Below, piece by piece: positions 18,260 to 28,623 of a stretch of DNA of 55,816 bases (position 1 is its first letter; every line of letters starts with the position of its first letter). The notes under the pieces were generated by a model. That model did no database searches. It was not told the DNA's origin and saw only the letters and a list, made by a program, of their open reading frames with translations. A program made the translations under genes and the position numbers. This DNA comes from an uncultured Rhizobium sp. (GTDB lineage Bacteria; Bacteroidota; Bacteroidia; NS11-12g; UBA955), in the NCBI GenBank assembly GCA_964415065.1, contig CAYPYX010000005.1:1-55816 (forward strand), in the 5' to 3' direction.

Positions 18260-20668
18260 ATGCAAGTTGTGGCAAATAAATCAGAAGAACTAACCAAAGA
18301 AGAGTTCATTGCTCAGGTATTAAACGATTATAAAATTGCATTCCAAAGCCGACAGGCCTCTTTAATTGGACGCAAAGAAGTATTAACGGGTAAAGCAAAA
18401 TTTGGAATATTCGGCGATGGTAAAGAAGTTGCACAAATCGCCATGGCCAAAGTTTTCGAACACGGTGATTGGAGAAGTGGTTATTATCGCGATCAAACTT
18501 TTATGTTCGCTAAAGGACTTTCAGACGTTCAAAAATTCTTTGCTCAACTATATGCTCATACCAACGTAGAAAAAGAGCCCGCTTCAGGTGGACGAAGCAT
18601 GAATGGGCACTATGCTACTCGTTTCCTAGATGATCAGGGAAATTGGTTGAGTCAAACAGACAGATACAATGTTAGTGCAGACATTTCTCCAACGGCAGGT
18701 CAAATGCCTCGCCTACTGGGTCTAGCTTTAGCTTCTAAATTATATAAAGAAAACCCCGATCTGCATGCACTTACTCAATTCTCAAACAAAGGAAATGAAA
18801 TTGCCTTTGGTACCATCGGCAATGCTTCAACTTCTGAGGGTGTATTTTGGGAAGTAATGAATGCTGCTTGCGTTATGCAAGTACCTATGCTAATGAGCGT
18901 TTGGGATGATGGTTACGGCATTTCTGTACCTGCTAAATATCAAACCGCTAAAGAATCCATCTCCGCTATAATGTCGGGTTTCCAAACCAATGAACAAGGT
19001 GTGGGAATGGAAATCTTCACAGCAAGAGGTTGGAATTACGCAGAATTGTGCAATGTTTACAAACAAGCTGCAGAAGTTTGTCGCACCAAACATACCCCTG
19101 TTTTAGTTCATGTTGTTGAAGTTACACAGCCTCAAGGCCACTCCACCAGTGGAAGCCATGAACGTTATAAATCAAAAGAGCGTCTAACTTGGGAAGCGGA
19201 ATTTGATTGCATTACTCAAATGAGAAAGTGGATGATCGAAAATCAAATTTCCACCGAATCAGAAATAGATGCCATGGAGAAGGCTGCGCTCGACGAAGTT
19301 AAAACCATGCAAAAACAAGCATGGATTGATTTCACTTCAGAGATCAAAACAGACATTCAAGAATTTGCTTCTGTACTTCAGTCGCTCATATCATTGCAAG
19401 TTGCTCCTGAGGCATTATCCAATATAAAAAATGATTTATTACAAATTTCAGATCCGATCCGCAGAGATTTAGGTAATGCAATCAATAAATCATTAAGAAA
19501 TACATTGAGTTGCACTCCAGCTCAACGTCAGCCCTTATTAGATTATTACCAAAAGTTCCTCAACGATAACCACGACCGATATTCATCGCATTTGCACAGT
19601 CAAAGTGCTGAAAATGCACTCAATGCTGCTGTTGTTCCCGCTGAATATACCGACGAAATTACCGACGGTTATATGGTAGTTCGTGCTTGTTTTGAAGCAA
19701 ACATGGAGAGAGACCCGCGCATCTTTGCTTTTGGTGAGGACGTTGGTAAAATTGGTGATGTTAACCAAGGATTTTCTGGTTTACAAGAAAAATTTGGGGA
19801 ACTCCGTGTTACCGATAAAGGGATTCGTGAATGGAGTATACTCGGTGAAGGTATTGGTGCTGCTATGAGAGGCTTACGTCCTATTGCAGAAATTCAGTAT
19901 TTGGATTACTTACTGTATGCATTAGAACCCATGAGCGATGATTTAGCAACATTACAATATCGCACCAAAGGCGGTCAAAAATCACCCGTTATTGTTCGTA
20001 CACGTGGACATAGACTAGAAGGAATTTGGCATTCTGGCTCTCCTATGGGCATGATTATCAATGCGGTTAGAGGTATGTATGTTTGTGTACCTAGAAATAT
20101 GACACAAGCAGCGGGTATGTACAATACCCTACTTAGAAGTGATGAACCCGCATTAGTTGTTGAATGTCTTAACGGTTATCGTAGCAAGGAAAAAATGCCT
20201 AAAAATATCGGTGAATTCACAGTTCCTTTAGGTGTGCCAGAAGTATTGCGTTTTGGGGAAGATGTTACGTTAGTTACCTATGGTTCTAATTGTAAATTGG
20301 CATCAGAGGCAGTTGATCAATTAGCAGAAGTAGGAATACGAGTGGAACTCATTGACGCTCAAACTTTACTTCCATTTGATATAAAACACTCAATTGTAGA
20401 AAGTGTAAAGAACACGAATCGATTGGTTGTTTTAGATGAAGATGTTCCCGGTGGTGCAAGTGCTTATATCCTACAACAGATTTTGGAAATCCAGAATGGT
20501 TACCGCTATTTAGATTCTGCACCATTAACGCTGACTTCCAAAGCTCACAGACCTGCTTATTCAAGCGATGGTGATTACTTCTCAAAGCCATCCGTAGATG
20601 ATATCTTTAAAGCCATCTACCAGATGATGCATGAAGTAAATCCTCAACGCTGGCCCTCACTACTGTAA
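18260..20668 (+). CDS. fused E1 alpha/beta subunit of a 2-oxoacid (branched-chain-type) dehydrogenase
   Basis: 802 aa. The N-terminal half has a TPP-binding E1-alpha pattern (GTIGNASTSEG). The C-terminal half has transketolase-like pyrimidine-binding and C-terminal domains (E1-beta). Confidence 0.8.
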   Translation: MQVVANKSEELTKEEFIAQVLNDYKIAFQSRQASLIGRKEVLTGKAKFGIFGDGKEVAQIAMAKVFEHGDWRSGYYRDQTFMFAKGLSDVQKFFAQLYAHTNVEKEPASGGRSMNGHYATRFLDDQGNWLSQTDRYNVSADISPTAGQMPRLLGLALASKLYKENPDLHALTQFSNKGNEIAFGTIGNASTSEGVFWEVMNAACVMQVPMLMSVWDDGYGISVPAKYQTAKESISAIMSGFQTNEQGVGMEIFTARGWNYAELCNVYKQAAEVCRTKHTPVLVHVVEVTQPQGHSTSGSHERYKSKERLTWEAEFDCITQMRKWMIENQISTESEIDAMEKAALDEVKTMQKQAWIDFTSEIKTDIQEFASVLQSLISLQVAPEALSNIKNDLLQISDPIRRDLGNAINKSLRNTLSCTPAQRQPLLDYYQKFLNDNHDRYSSHLHSQSAENALNAAVVPAEYTDEITDGYMVVRACFEANMERDPRIFAFGEDVGKIGDVNQGFSGLQEKFGELRVTDKGIREWSILGEGIGAAMRGLRPIAEIQYLDYLLYALEPMSDDLATLQYRTKGGQKSPVIVRTRGHRLEGIWHSGSPMGMIINAVRGMYVCVPRNMTQAAGMYNTLLRSDEPALVVECLNGYRSKEKMPKNIGEFTVPLGVPEVLRFGEDVTLVTYGSNCKLASEAVDQLAEVGIRVELIDAQTLLPFDIKHSIVESVKNTNRLVVLDEDVPGGASAYILQQILEIQNGYRYLDSAPLTLTSKAHRPAYSSDGDYFSKPSVDDIFKAIYQMMHEVNPQRWPSLL

Positions 20669-20779
20669 TGAATACAGAAGGTTTCGTGCAATTGCTGTTT
20701 TCTAATTTTAAATCGTATACATCACAAACTTTCAGTCCTCAATTTCAAGTTCTTTAAAATATCCAGGTAAATTTCCATT

Positions 20780-23452
20780 ATGCAAACCCACACCATTCCC
20801 AATTTGTTAAGATTAAGTGGCTTAGAACCATTCACTCTAACCAATACTACCAATTTTGTGAATATTGGTGAACGTACCAATGTAACTGGTAGTAAGGCAT
20901 TTGCCAAGCTTATTCTAAATGGTGATTATAATGCAGCCCTTGATGTTGCTCGTCAGCAAGTTGAAAATGGAGCTCAAATCATTGATATTAACATGGATGA
21001 AGGAATGCTCGATGGCGTTAAAGCCATGACTACATTCCTCAACCTTATAGCTTCTGAACCTGATATTGCCCGAGTTCCAATCATGCTGGATTCATCCAAA
21101 TGGGAAGTACTCGAGGCTGGATTAAAATGCCTTCAAGGTAAAGGAATTGTGAATTCTATCTCTTTGAAAGATGGAGAAGCTGAATTTATTCGAAAAGCCA
21201 AATTAGTCAAAAGATACGGTGCTGCTGTCGTTGTAATGGCATTTGATGAAGTTGGACAAGCAGATAACTTCCAACGCAAAATCGAAGTTTGCAAACGCAG
21301 TTACGATATCCTAGTTAATCAAGTACTTTTCAATCCCCAAGACATTATTTTCGACCCTAATATTCTAACCGTAGGAACAGGGATCGATGAACATAATAAT
21401 TATGCCGTAGATTTCATTGAAGCTACTCGATGGATCAAACAAAATCTTCCTGGAGCTAAAGTTTCTGGCGGTATTTCTAATATTTCTTTTTCTTTTAGGG
21501 GAAATAATGCCGTACGTGAGGCAATGCACTCTGCATTCTTATATCATGCAATAAAAGCAGGATTGGATATGGGAATCGTAAATGCAGGAATGATTGATGT
21601 GTATGAAGAAATCCCCAAAGATTTATTAGAAAAAATAGAGGATGTTCTTTTAAATCGTCGTCCCGATGCAACAGAGAATTTAATAAATCACGCGGAAACA
21701 GTAAAAAGCAAAAAAGCCGATAAAGTTGAAACCCAAGAATGGCGAAATTTACCCGTTGAAGACCGCTTAAAGCATAGTTTAGTTAAAGGAATTACAGAGT
21801 TTATCGATCAAGATACTCAAGAAGCATTAGATAAATTACAGGACCCATTGGGTGTAATAGAAGGTCCACTAATGGCCGGAATGAACTACGTAGGTGATCT
21901 TTTTGGGGAAGGTAAGATGTTCTTGCCTCAAGTGGTAAAAAGTGCCCGTGTAATGAAAAAATCCGTTGCTTACTTACAGCCATTCCTCGAAGCTCAAAAA
22001 GCACAAGCTACTGAAAGCCGTACTCAAGGAAAAATACTTTTGGCTACCGTTAAAGGCGACGTACATGATATCGGTAAAAACATTGTAGGTGTAGTACTTG
22101 CATGCAACAACTACGAAATTGAAGATATGGGGGTTATGGTACCAGCGGATAAAATCTTATCTCGTGCCCGTGAATGGGGTGCCGATATTATAGGTCTCAG
22201 CGGATTAATTACTCCTTCTCTTGATGAAATGGTTCACGTTGCATCTGAAATGCAACGATTAGGCATGAAACAACCCCTTCTTATCGGGGGAGCCACTACT
22301 TCTCGCGTTCATACAGCCGTAAAAATCGCACCGAACTATCAATATCCTGTAATTCATGTTACCGATGCCAGTCGTTCTGTACCTGTTGCAGGCCAACTTC
22401 TAAATCCTGAAACGTATGGCGATTTTGCTACGAAACTCAAAGATGAATACACTGAATTGGCCGAGAATCATGCCAAAAGGCAAGCGGCAAAGGATTTAAT
22501 TCCCTATCCCGAAGCATACTCAAATCAATGGAAATTTGACGGATTGATTCGCAAGCCCAAGCAAATCGGATTTCAGCAAATTACCAACATCGGTATTTCC
22601 ACTCTTAAAAATTATATCGACTGGACTCCTTTCTTCCAAACTTGGGAATTAAAAGGAAAGTACCCAGATATTTTTCAAGATCCTTTTGTTGGAGTAGAAT
22701 CTAGAAAGCTCTTTAACGATGCCATAGAAATGCTTGAAAACTGGGAATCTGAAAATTCCATTTTATGCAAGGCCACTTTCTTCGTTTTACCTGTGCGCCG
22801 TTGCCATGATGATTGCGGGGTTTATGCCGATGAAGCAGCAACACAACATCTAGGTAACTTCCATTTCTTACGTCAACAACGTAAAATGTCGACTGGTGTT
22901 CCTAATCTTTCATTAGCCGATTTTCTGAATCCAGATGATGTAGATTATTTAGGCGGTTTCGCAGTAACCTCGGGAATTGGTTTGGATAAAATTGTAGCCC
23001 AATATGACCAAAATCACGACGATTACAACAGCATAATGGCAAAAGCCCTTGCTGATCGTTTAGCGGAGGCATATGCTGAATATTTGCACGAATTGGTTCG
23101 TAAAGATTTTTGGGGATATTCTTCCGAAGAACAACTCAGTTTGGAAGAATTAATACGTGAGAATTATCAAGGCATTCGTCCAGCACCTGGTTATCCCGCT
23201 TGTCCCGATCACACAGAAAAGAAATTCTTGTTTGAATTACTAAACAAACATTACGATACTTCCATTGAACTAACAGAGAGTATGGCCATGTGGCCCGCTT
23301 CTAGTGTTAGCGGTTGGTTCTTCGCCCATCCTGAATCAAAATACTTCGGACTGGGTAAAATACAAAAAGACCAAGTTGAGGAATATGCTCGTCGCAAAAA
23401 AATGGATGTCTCGGAAATCGAAAGATGGCTTAGACCAGTATTGGGATACTAA
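20780..23452 (+). CDS. metH: cobalamin-dependent methionine synthase, pterin/B12/AdoMet modules only
   Basis: 890 aa. Starts directly in the pterin-binding module ([16 protein letters not shown]). B12 motifs [11 protein letters not shown] and [13 protein letters not shown]. Activation domain [12 protein letters not shown]. No homocysteine-binding module. Confidence 0.9.
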   Translation: MQTHTIPNLLRLSGLEPFTLTNTTNFVNIGERTNVTGSKAFAKLILNGDYNAALDVARQQVENGAQIIDINMDEGMLDGVKAMTTFLNLIASEPDIARVPIMLDSSKWEVLEAGLKCLQGKGIVNSISLKDGEAEFIRKAKLVKRYGAAVVVMAFDEVGQADNFQRKIEVCKRSYDILVNQVLFNPQDIIFDPNILTVGTGIDEHNNYAVDFIEATRWIKQNLPGAKVSGGISNISFSFRGNNAVREAMHSAFLYHAIKAGLDMGIVNAGMIDVYEEIPKDLLEKIEDVLLNRRPDATENLINHAETVKSKKADKVETQEWRNLPVEDRLKHSLVKGITEFIDQDTQEALDKLQDPLGVIEGPLMAGMNYVGDLFGEGKMFLPQVVKSARVMKKSVAYLQPFLEAQKAQATESRTQGKILLATVKGDVHDIGKNIVGVVLACNNYEIEDMGVMVPADKILSRAREWGADIIGLSGLITPSLDEMVHVASEMQRLGMKQPLLIGGATTSRVHTAVKIAPNYQYPVIHVTDASRSVPVAGQLLNPETYGDFATKLKDEYTELAENHAKRQAAKDLIPYPEAYSNQWKFDGLIRKPKQIGFQQITNIGISTLKNYIDWTPFFQTWELKGKYPDIFQDPFVGVESRKLFNDAIEMLENWESENSILCKATFFVLPVRRCHDDCGVYADEAATQHLGNFHFLRQQRKMSTGVPNLSLADFLNPDDVDYLGGFAVTSGIGLDKIVAQYDQNHDDYNSIMAKALADRLAEAYAEYLHELVRKDFWGYSSEEQLSLEELIRENYQGIRPAPGYPACPDHTEKKFLFELLNKHYDTSIELTESMAMWPASSVSGWFFAHPESKYFGLGKIQKDQVEEYARRKKMDVSEIERWLRPVLGY

Positions 23453-23467
23453 TAAAAGAAGGATTTT

Positions 23468-24613
23468 TTATTTAAATGGATTGCTGTATGCCGGGTTCGA
23501 AATTAATACCGAATCAGTCATGGTTCTCAAATAAGCTACTAAATCATCCTTTTGTTGTTGAGACAGATTCAATTGAATTCCACCATGCGCACTCATTTGC
23601 GGATGTATATTCGGATGATCATAATTCACACCAGAAGAATAATGTTCAACCACTTCTTCCAATGTATTAAATCGTCCATCATGCATATATGGAGCAGTTA
23701 ATGCAATATTCAGTAATGAAGGTGCTTTAAATGTCCCCAAATCCTGTGAACGGTTAGTTATACCACCTACACCTTTATCAACTACAGGACCTGGCAACCC
23801 ATTGGAGGCGATTCCTCCCATCAATGGATTCTGTTGTTGGGCCATTTCACCTCCGTGACAATGGAAACAATCTGCTCCCTTTGTTTTGCCTTGCGCATCA
23901 AAGTCCACTAATCCATTAAATATAAACGCACCTCGCAACTCTGAGGCATTTAATAAATGAGAATTTGTACCCGGGAAAAACTGATTGAATCGGGAATCCT
24001 TGCTTACAATGGAAAGTAAGAACTGTTCCATGGCTTTCGACATATCCAATAGATTCGGTTCAGAATTAAAGGCCTTATTGAAATAATCTATGTATTTCTG
24101 ATTTCTGCGCAAACGTGTTTCTAATAATGGCAAGGTCATAGCCATTTCGTTATGCGCCTGAATGGGTTCAAACACCAAATCTCTTAAAGTATTGACACGC
24201 GCATCCCAGAAAAACTTGCGAGAATACGCCATGTTGAATAAACTCGGTGCATTTCTCCCTGTTTTTAATCCAAATACACCAGTGCTTAACTTTCGAGGGT
24301 CAGCAAATGCGTATTCTTGAAAGTGACATGAACTGCAACTTATACTCGAATCGATGGAGAGAACGGGATCATAAAACAACATTCTTCCCAAATAAATTCC
24401 CTCAACTGTAAAAGGATTATCTGAAGGAAGAGAGGGCATTCCAAAATCAGTTGGGAAAATATCTGTAGGACTTACTGCAGTTGGTTTATAAACGTTTTTA
24501 TTTTTTGAGGGATCTTCTTCTTCCCTACATGATATTGTTACAAAAACGATGGTTGCATATAAAAACATCTGCCGCAACATTCGCTGTCCAGTGAGTTCTA
24601 AAAACTTGTTCAT
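23468..24613 (-). CDS. di-haem cytochrome c peroxidase family lipoprotein (MauG/MbnH-like)
   Basis: 381 aa. Lipobox VTISC, two CxxCH sites (CSSCH, CFHCH) and the CCP/MauG block APYMHDGRF. Confidence 0.85.
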   Translation of the reverse strand: MNKFLELTGQRMLRQMFLYATIVFVTISCREEEDPSKNKNVYKPTAVSPTDIFPTDFGMPSLPSDNPFTVEGIYLGRMLFYDPVLSIDSSISCSSCHFQEYAFADPRKLSTGVFGLKTGRNAPSLFNMAYSRKFFWDARVNTLRDLVFEPIQAHNEMAMTLPLLETRLRRNQKYIDYFNKAFNSEPNLLDMSKAMEQFLLSIVSKDSRFNQFFPGTNSHLLNASELRGAFIFNGLVDFDAQGKTKGADCFHCHGGEMAQQQNPLMGGIASNGLPGPVVDKGVGGITNRSQDLGTFKAPSLLNIALTAPYMHDGRFNTLEEVVEHYSSGVNYDHPNIHPQMSAHGGIQLNLSQQQKDDLVAYLRTMTDSVLISNPAYSNPFK

Positions 24614-24690
24614 GACCTATTTACTTCAGACCAATTTTTAATATTAAATATATACTATTCTCTCAACTCGAGCATTTGATCCATGAACGA

Positions 24691-25476
24691 TCATTTCACA
24701 TCTGCCAACTCGAAAACCCCATTTTGCATGTTTTCCAATATCTTTTCCATCAACTGAAATTCTAATGTACCTTCAGAATGCGAAACGGATTTTGTTTTTA
24801 ACGCAATATTGTTGGGAAAGCTAAAGAAACGCTCTGCATGCATGTTGATGGTGGCCGTTTTAGATGTTTTTTCAATGCTGAACGAAAAAGGCAGTTCGTA
24901 ATTGCGAACTAATGGCATAGTAGCTGTGTGGAAACTAAACCCTTTAGAAGAACTACCAGCAGCCGTGTCTTTAAACAAACCGTCTAATGCTTGGAATATA
25001 TAACCGCCCGACCAGCCCCAATGCATACCATTCAAATTGGGATTCAATGGATGATCCGAAGGCCATTTGCTCGGATCACCATGATTGATAGCCGAATCCA
25101 ATCCAATCATAAATGAAATGCCTTTATAATTTCCAGGAGGAATTCCTTTGTAAGTAAACTCAGTTCTTTTGCCTCTGGGACTAATCCACTGATATCCATC
25201 ACCCAACAATACCGTGTCTCCATCCTCTTTTATTAAAGCTAAATGCGATACTATAAATGCCCAATTCGTGATATCAAACAACTCACCCGACGATTTAGGA
25301 GAAAAAGTATTCGTACCTAACGCTGGTAAATCCTTTCCATTTATCAATCCAACCCAATTCAGCTTTAACTCAATTGGTTGATTGTTTGTCGGAGGATCTA
25401 CAGGCTTTTTTTCACAGGATGATAATCCTAAGATCCCTAAAACAGTTACCAAACTTAAAATACTATATTTTTTCAT
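24691..25476 (-). CDS. MbnP-like (WxW-motif) lipoprotein
   Basis: 261 aa. Lipobox GLSSC and HWGWSGGY (WxW) motif. It sits immediately upstream of a di-haem peroxidase, which is the MbnP/MbnH pairing. Family call is by motif and synteny only. Confidence 0.55.
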   Translation of the reverse strand: MKKYSILSLVTVLGILGLSSCEKKPVDPPTNNQPIELKLNWVGLINGKDLPALGTNTFSPKSSGELFDITNWAFIVSHLALIKEDGDTVLLGDGYQWISPRGKRTEFTYKGIPPGNYKGISFMIGLDSAINHGDPSKWPSDHPLNPNLNGMHWGWSGGYIFQALDGLFKDTAAGSSSKGFSFHTATMPLVRNYELPFSFSIEKTSKTATINMHAERFFSFPNNIALKTKSVSHSEGTLEFQLMEKILENMQNGVFELADVK

Positions 25477-25481
25477 ATTAT

Positions 25482-27419
25482 TCAGGACTTAATCCACTTT
25501 TTCAAATATACTTTATTATCAGTAAAAATCTTAATAATATAAGTACCGGTTGACAAAGAACTTACATCGATTGAAACATTTTGTATTGAACTTGAGCCAA
25601 ATTCACTGGTTCGGATAGTTTGACCCAGCAACGATATAATCTCAATTTTTGAAATATCTGGATTTCGGGATTTAACATTCACTATTTCGCCATTTGAAGG
25701 ATTGGGAAACACGAATACTGGATCTTCTTGTATTTTTCCTAAATTCATCCCTCCAACTGCTGCTTTAGCTAGAACTGTAACTTGAGGATCGAAAATGGCT
25801 GTGTCTACATCAAATAAAACACTTAACGTGTAATCTTCCGTGAGTTTTTGAGGAGTAAATATTTTTAATTCTTCCCGACCGGTTAACTTGTTTTTGAACA
25901 GTATGGGTATGGAAATTTTCCAAAATGGTACAGATGGATTTGAAGGAGTTTGTTCGATTTTTACTTTTAAAGTACTACCTCTCTGTTCCCAATTTATTTT
26001 CAAGTAAGGAAAGCCATCACCTTCATACCACTGCTTGAAAAATTCTTGCAAGTTTTGACCTGAAACGGATTCCATGATCGATCTAAACTGTTCGGTTGTA
26101 GCAAATCCAATGGTTTTGCGGGAGTTTAAATATTGTCGACATCCCTCGAAAAACAAAGAATCACCTAATCTAACACGCAACATGTGTAAAAGCCAGGCAC
26201 CCTTTCTGTAGGTCAAACGCCCATTAAATAATTGATTTACAGAAGAAGTATCTTTAGGTTTCACAGACCCATTAGGGTCAGCTGTAATATCTACTCGAGT
26301 ACCTCGCATTTTATCCCTGAAAGTACTTTTATCGTAAATATATTCATAAGCAACAGAGGTTAAATAAGTGGCAAATCCTTCATTCAACCATAAATCATTC
26401 CAGGAACCACAAGTTACTAAATCTCCAAACCACTGATGTGCCAATTCATGTGCAGTTAAATCAAATGAAAAGTTAACCATAAAGCTCATAGTCTGGTGTT
26501 CCATTCCACCACCCCAAGTAAATTGTGCATGACCATACTTTTCATTCATGAATGGATATTCAATGAACAAACTATCGAACAGACGCAACATAGGCAAAAC
26601 ACGTTTTGCCTCTAATTGAGTGGTTTGTAAAAACTGAGGAAATACGTAGTTTACAACGGGTAGCGAATCCGTTCTGCCATGAAATTTTGCATAATCCGTA
26701 AACTCTGTGTAATTAGTTACAGCTATTGCCACAAGATACGTAGCTACAGGATGACGGTGTTTCCAGTAATGAATAGATTTACTTGCGCTACTAGTATCCA
26801 CTTTTACCAATATACCATTGCTTCCAACTTTAAAATCTCGAGCCGTTTCAACGATAATATCAATAGAATCAATCTTATCAGACAATGTCTGTTTGCAGGG
26901 CCACCAAAACGGTGCACCATAGGGTTGACTTAAGGTATGAATTATAGGGCCCGTAGAATGAGCATCATAGGTATATGCACCAAATCCACCCGGGATACTT
27001 GCCGGATTACCCTGATAAAAAACAGTAAAGGAATCTCGCTCACCATCTATCCATAGCCCATTCTTGAAAACAAAAACTTTGTTACCTTTTCGATTGAATT
27101 TAGTGGAAATTCCTCGGTAAAGTACGCTGTCAACCATCATGTCAGCAATCAAATCAAATGCCAAAGAATCGTAGTTTCCACCTTGAACTTGAAACGAAAA
27201 AAGTACGTTTCCTGATATATTGGAATTCATCTTCGGATTCAATTTCCAATTACAACGATGGTATTGAATATCATACCCATGAAAATTAGGAGTACTAGAA
27301 CGTTTTTGAACATCCATCAAAGCCTGCAAATGCTGTTTTTCGGCACAAATTATATCTTCATCAATTTGTGCATTAAGAGGTAAAACCAACACCAACAGAA
27401 AGTTCAAAATCCAACGCAT
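25482..27419 (-). CDS. M1-family zinc aminopeptidase with T9SS C-terminal sorting domain
   Basis: 645 aa. Signal peptide MRWILNFLLVLVLPLNAQ, GGMEH exopeptidase-type block and HELAHQWFGD-x13-NEGFATY (HExxH-x18-E). The C-terminal VFVFPNPSNGEIVNV...GTYIIKIFTDNKVYLKKWIKS matches the T9SS CTD pattern. Confidence 0.85.
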   Translation of the reverse strand: MRWILNFLLVLVLPLNAQIDEDIICAEKQHLQALMDVQKRSSTPNFHGYDIQYHRCNWKLNPKMNSNISGNVLFSFQVQGGNYDSLAFDLIADMMVDSVLYRGISTKFNRKGNKVFVFKNGLWIDGERDSFTVFYQGNPASIPGGFGAYTYDAHSTGPIIHTLSQPYGAPFWWPCKQTLSDKIDSIDIIVETARDFKVGSNGILVKVDTSSASKSIHYWKHRHPVATYLVAIAVTNYTEFTDYAKFHGRTDSLPVVNYVFPQFLQTTQLEAKRVLPMLRLFDSLFIEYPFMNEKYGHAQFTWGGGMEHQTMSFMVNFSFDLTAHELAHQWFGDLVTCGSWNDLWLNEGFATYLTSVAYEYIYDKSTFRDKMRGTRVDITADPNGSVKPKDTSSVNQLFNGRLTYRKGAWLLHMLRVRLGDSLFFEGCRQYLNSRKTIGFATTEQFRSIMESVSGQNLQEFFKQWYEGDGFPYLKINWEQRGSTLKVKIEQTPSNPSVPFWKISIPILFKNKLTGREELKIFTPQKLTEDYTLSVLFDVDTAIFDPQVTVLAKAAVGGMNLGKIQEDPVFVFPNPSNGEIVNVKSRNPDISKIEIISLLGQTIRTSEFGSSSIQNVSIDVSSLSTGTYIIKIFTDNKVYLKKWIKS

Positions 27420-27496
27420 CTCACAAATTTCGTATTTTAATTCAAATCCCCCATTCTTTCAACGCATATTCCATAAATTTCGACGAATTTTGCAGT

Positions 27497-28441
27497 GTGA
27501 AATATACGTGGTTGCCCGTTTTTATCATTGTCCTCTTGGGCTGCATTTGGGGAAGTTCATTCATCTTGATGAAATACGGCTTGGCTGTTTTCAGTCCCAT
27601 TCAAGTTGCCGGTACCCGTTTGGTTGTAGCAGGAGCAGTATTATTACCTTGGGTAATCAAATATTCTTTTATAAAACCCTTAAGAAACCAACCATCTAAC
27701 CTAAATTTTTCTGACTATTTTTGGCTGTTTGCAAGTGGGGTATTAGGAAATGCCATTCCTGCATTTTTATTTTCCACGGCGGGAAGGTTAATTCCCTCCG
27801 GATTATCGGGGATATTAAATGCTTTTACCCCTATGTTTACTTTACTTTTTGCTTTTTGGGTATTCCGTGAGAAATTGGATAAAGCCGGAATTATTGGTGT
27901 TATTCTCGGGCTGGCAGGAGCAGTTTTTCTATTTGCACCTAGTTTATTACACTACGGTGAACCCATTTCATTGCTAGGCTCGTTGATGCCTTTAGCTGCT
28001 GCAATGCTTTATGGATTAAACATCAACATTATTAAACATAAACTCGGCCATCTGCCTGCAATGGTAAAAACGGCTTACCCCTTTGTTTTTGTAGGATTAC
28101 TATATTCAGGTATACTTTGGTACACCGATTTTTTCAATGCATGGAAGGAACATCCAGGCGATTTAAAATTATTCGAAAGTCGCGGAAATATTAGTGCTAA
28201 CACCGCTTTCTTTTACCTGTTTCTTTTAGGTTTCATGGGCAGCGCCGTTTCCATGATCTTATTTAATTACATCATTAGATACGTTTCACCCTTAGTTGCC
28301 TCAACCAATACCTTCATAATTCCTGTTACCGCAGTTATGTGGGGATTTGCGGATCATGAACAATTAACATGGAACGTTTTTGTTGGGATGTTATTCCTAC
28401 TAGCAGCCGTATTTATTATTATACGAAAACCTAAGATCTAA
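27497..28441 (+). CDS. EamA/DMT-family transporter
   Basis: 314 aa with about 10 hydrophobic segments in two halves. N-terminal WGSSFILMK is typical of EamA repeats. GTG start is preceded by the near-consensus GAATTTTG at 27485-27492. Confidence 0.75.
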   Translation: MKYTWLPVFIIVLLGCIWGSSFILMKYGLAVFSPIQVAGTRLVVAGAVLLPWVIKYSFIKPLRNQPSNLNFSDYFWLFASGVLGNAIPAFLFSTAGRLIPSGLSGILNAFTPMFTLLFAFWVFREKLDKAGIIGVILGLAGAVFLFAPSLLHYGEPISLLGSLMPLAAAMLYGLNINIIKHKLGHLPAMVKTAYPFVFVGLLYSGILWYTDFFNAWKEHPGDLKLFESRGNISANTAFFYLFLLGFMGSAVSMILFNYIIRYVSPLVASTNTFIIPVTAVMWGFADHEQLTWNVFVGMLFLLAAVFIIIRKPKI

Positions 28442-28610
28442 TTTTATAATTTCAAATTTAACTTGAAATAAATCCGTTTTTAAAGGATTACCCGTTAAAC
28501 TTGCAGCTAAGGAAAATGTTAGATAAAACAGCAGAATGACTGAATGATATCAGACTCTTACAAAGAGCAGAATTAACAATAACACTTAAATATACATTTA
28601 GTATTTTGTT

Positions 28611-28618
28611 TACATTTG
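28611..28618 (+). promoter_or_regulatory. putative -7 box TACATTTG
   Basis: Exact TAnnTTTG ending 5 nt before ATG 28624. Confidence 0.5.
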
Positions 28619-28623
28619 TGTAA

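Noticed and set aside
20722-20907. A 61-aa minus-strand ORF spanning the metH start region, considered as a possible missing partner or regulator. Also the 76-aa ORF 23304-23534 bridging the metH end.
   Set aside because: Both overlap verified coding sequence or run into the convergent neighbour. They have no start context and no recognisable motif.
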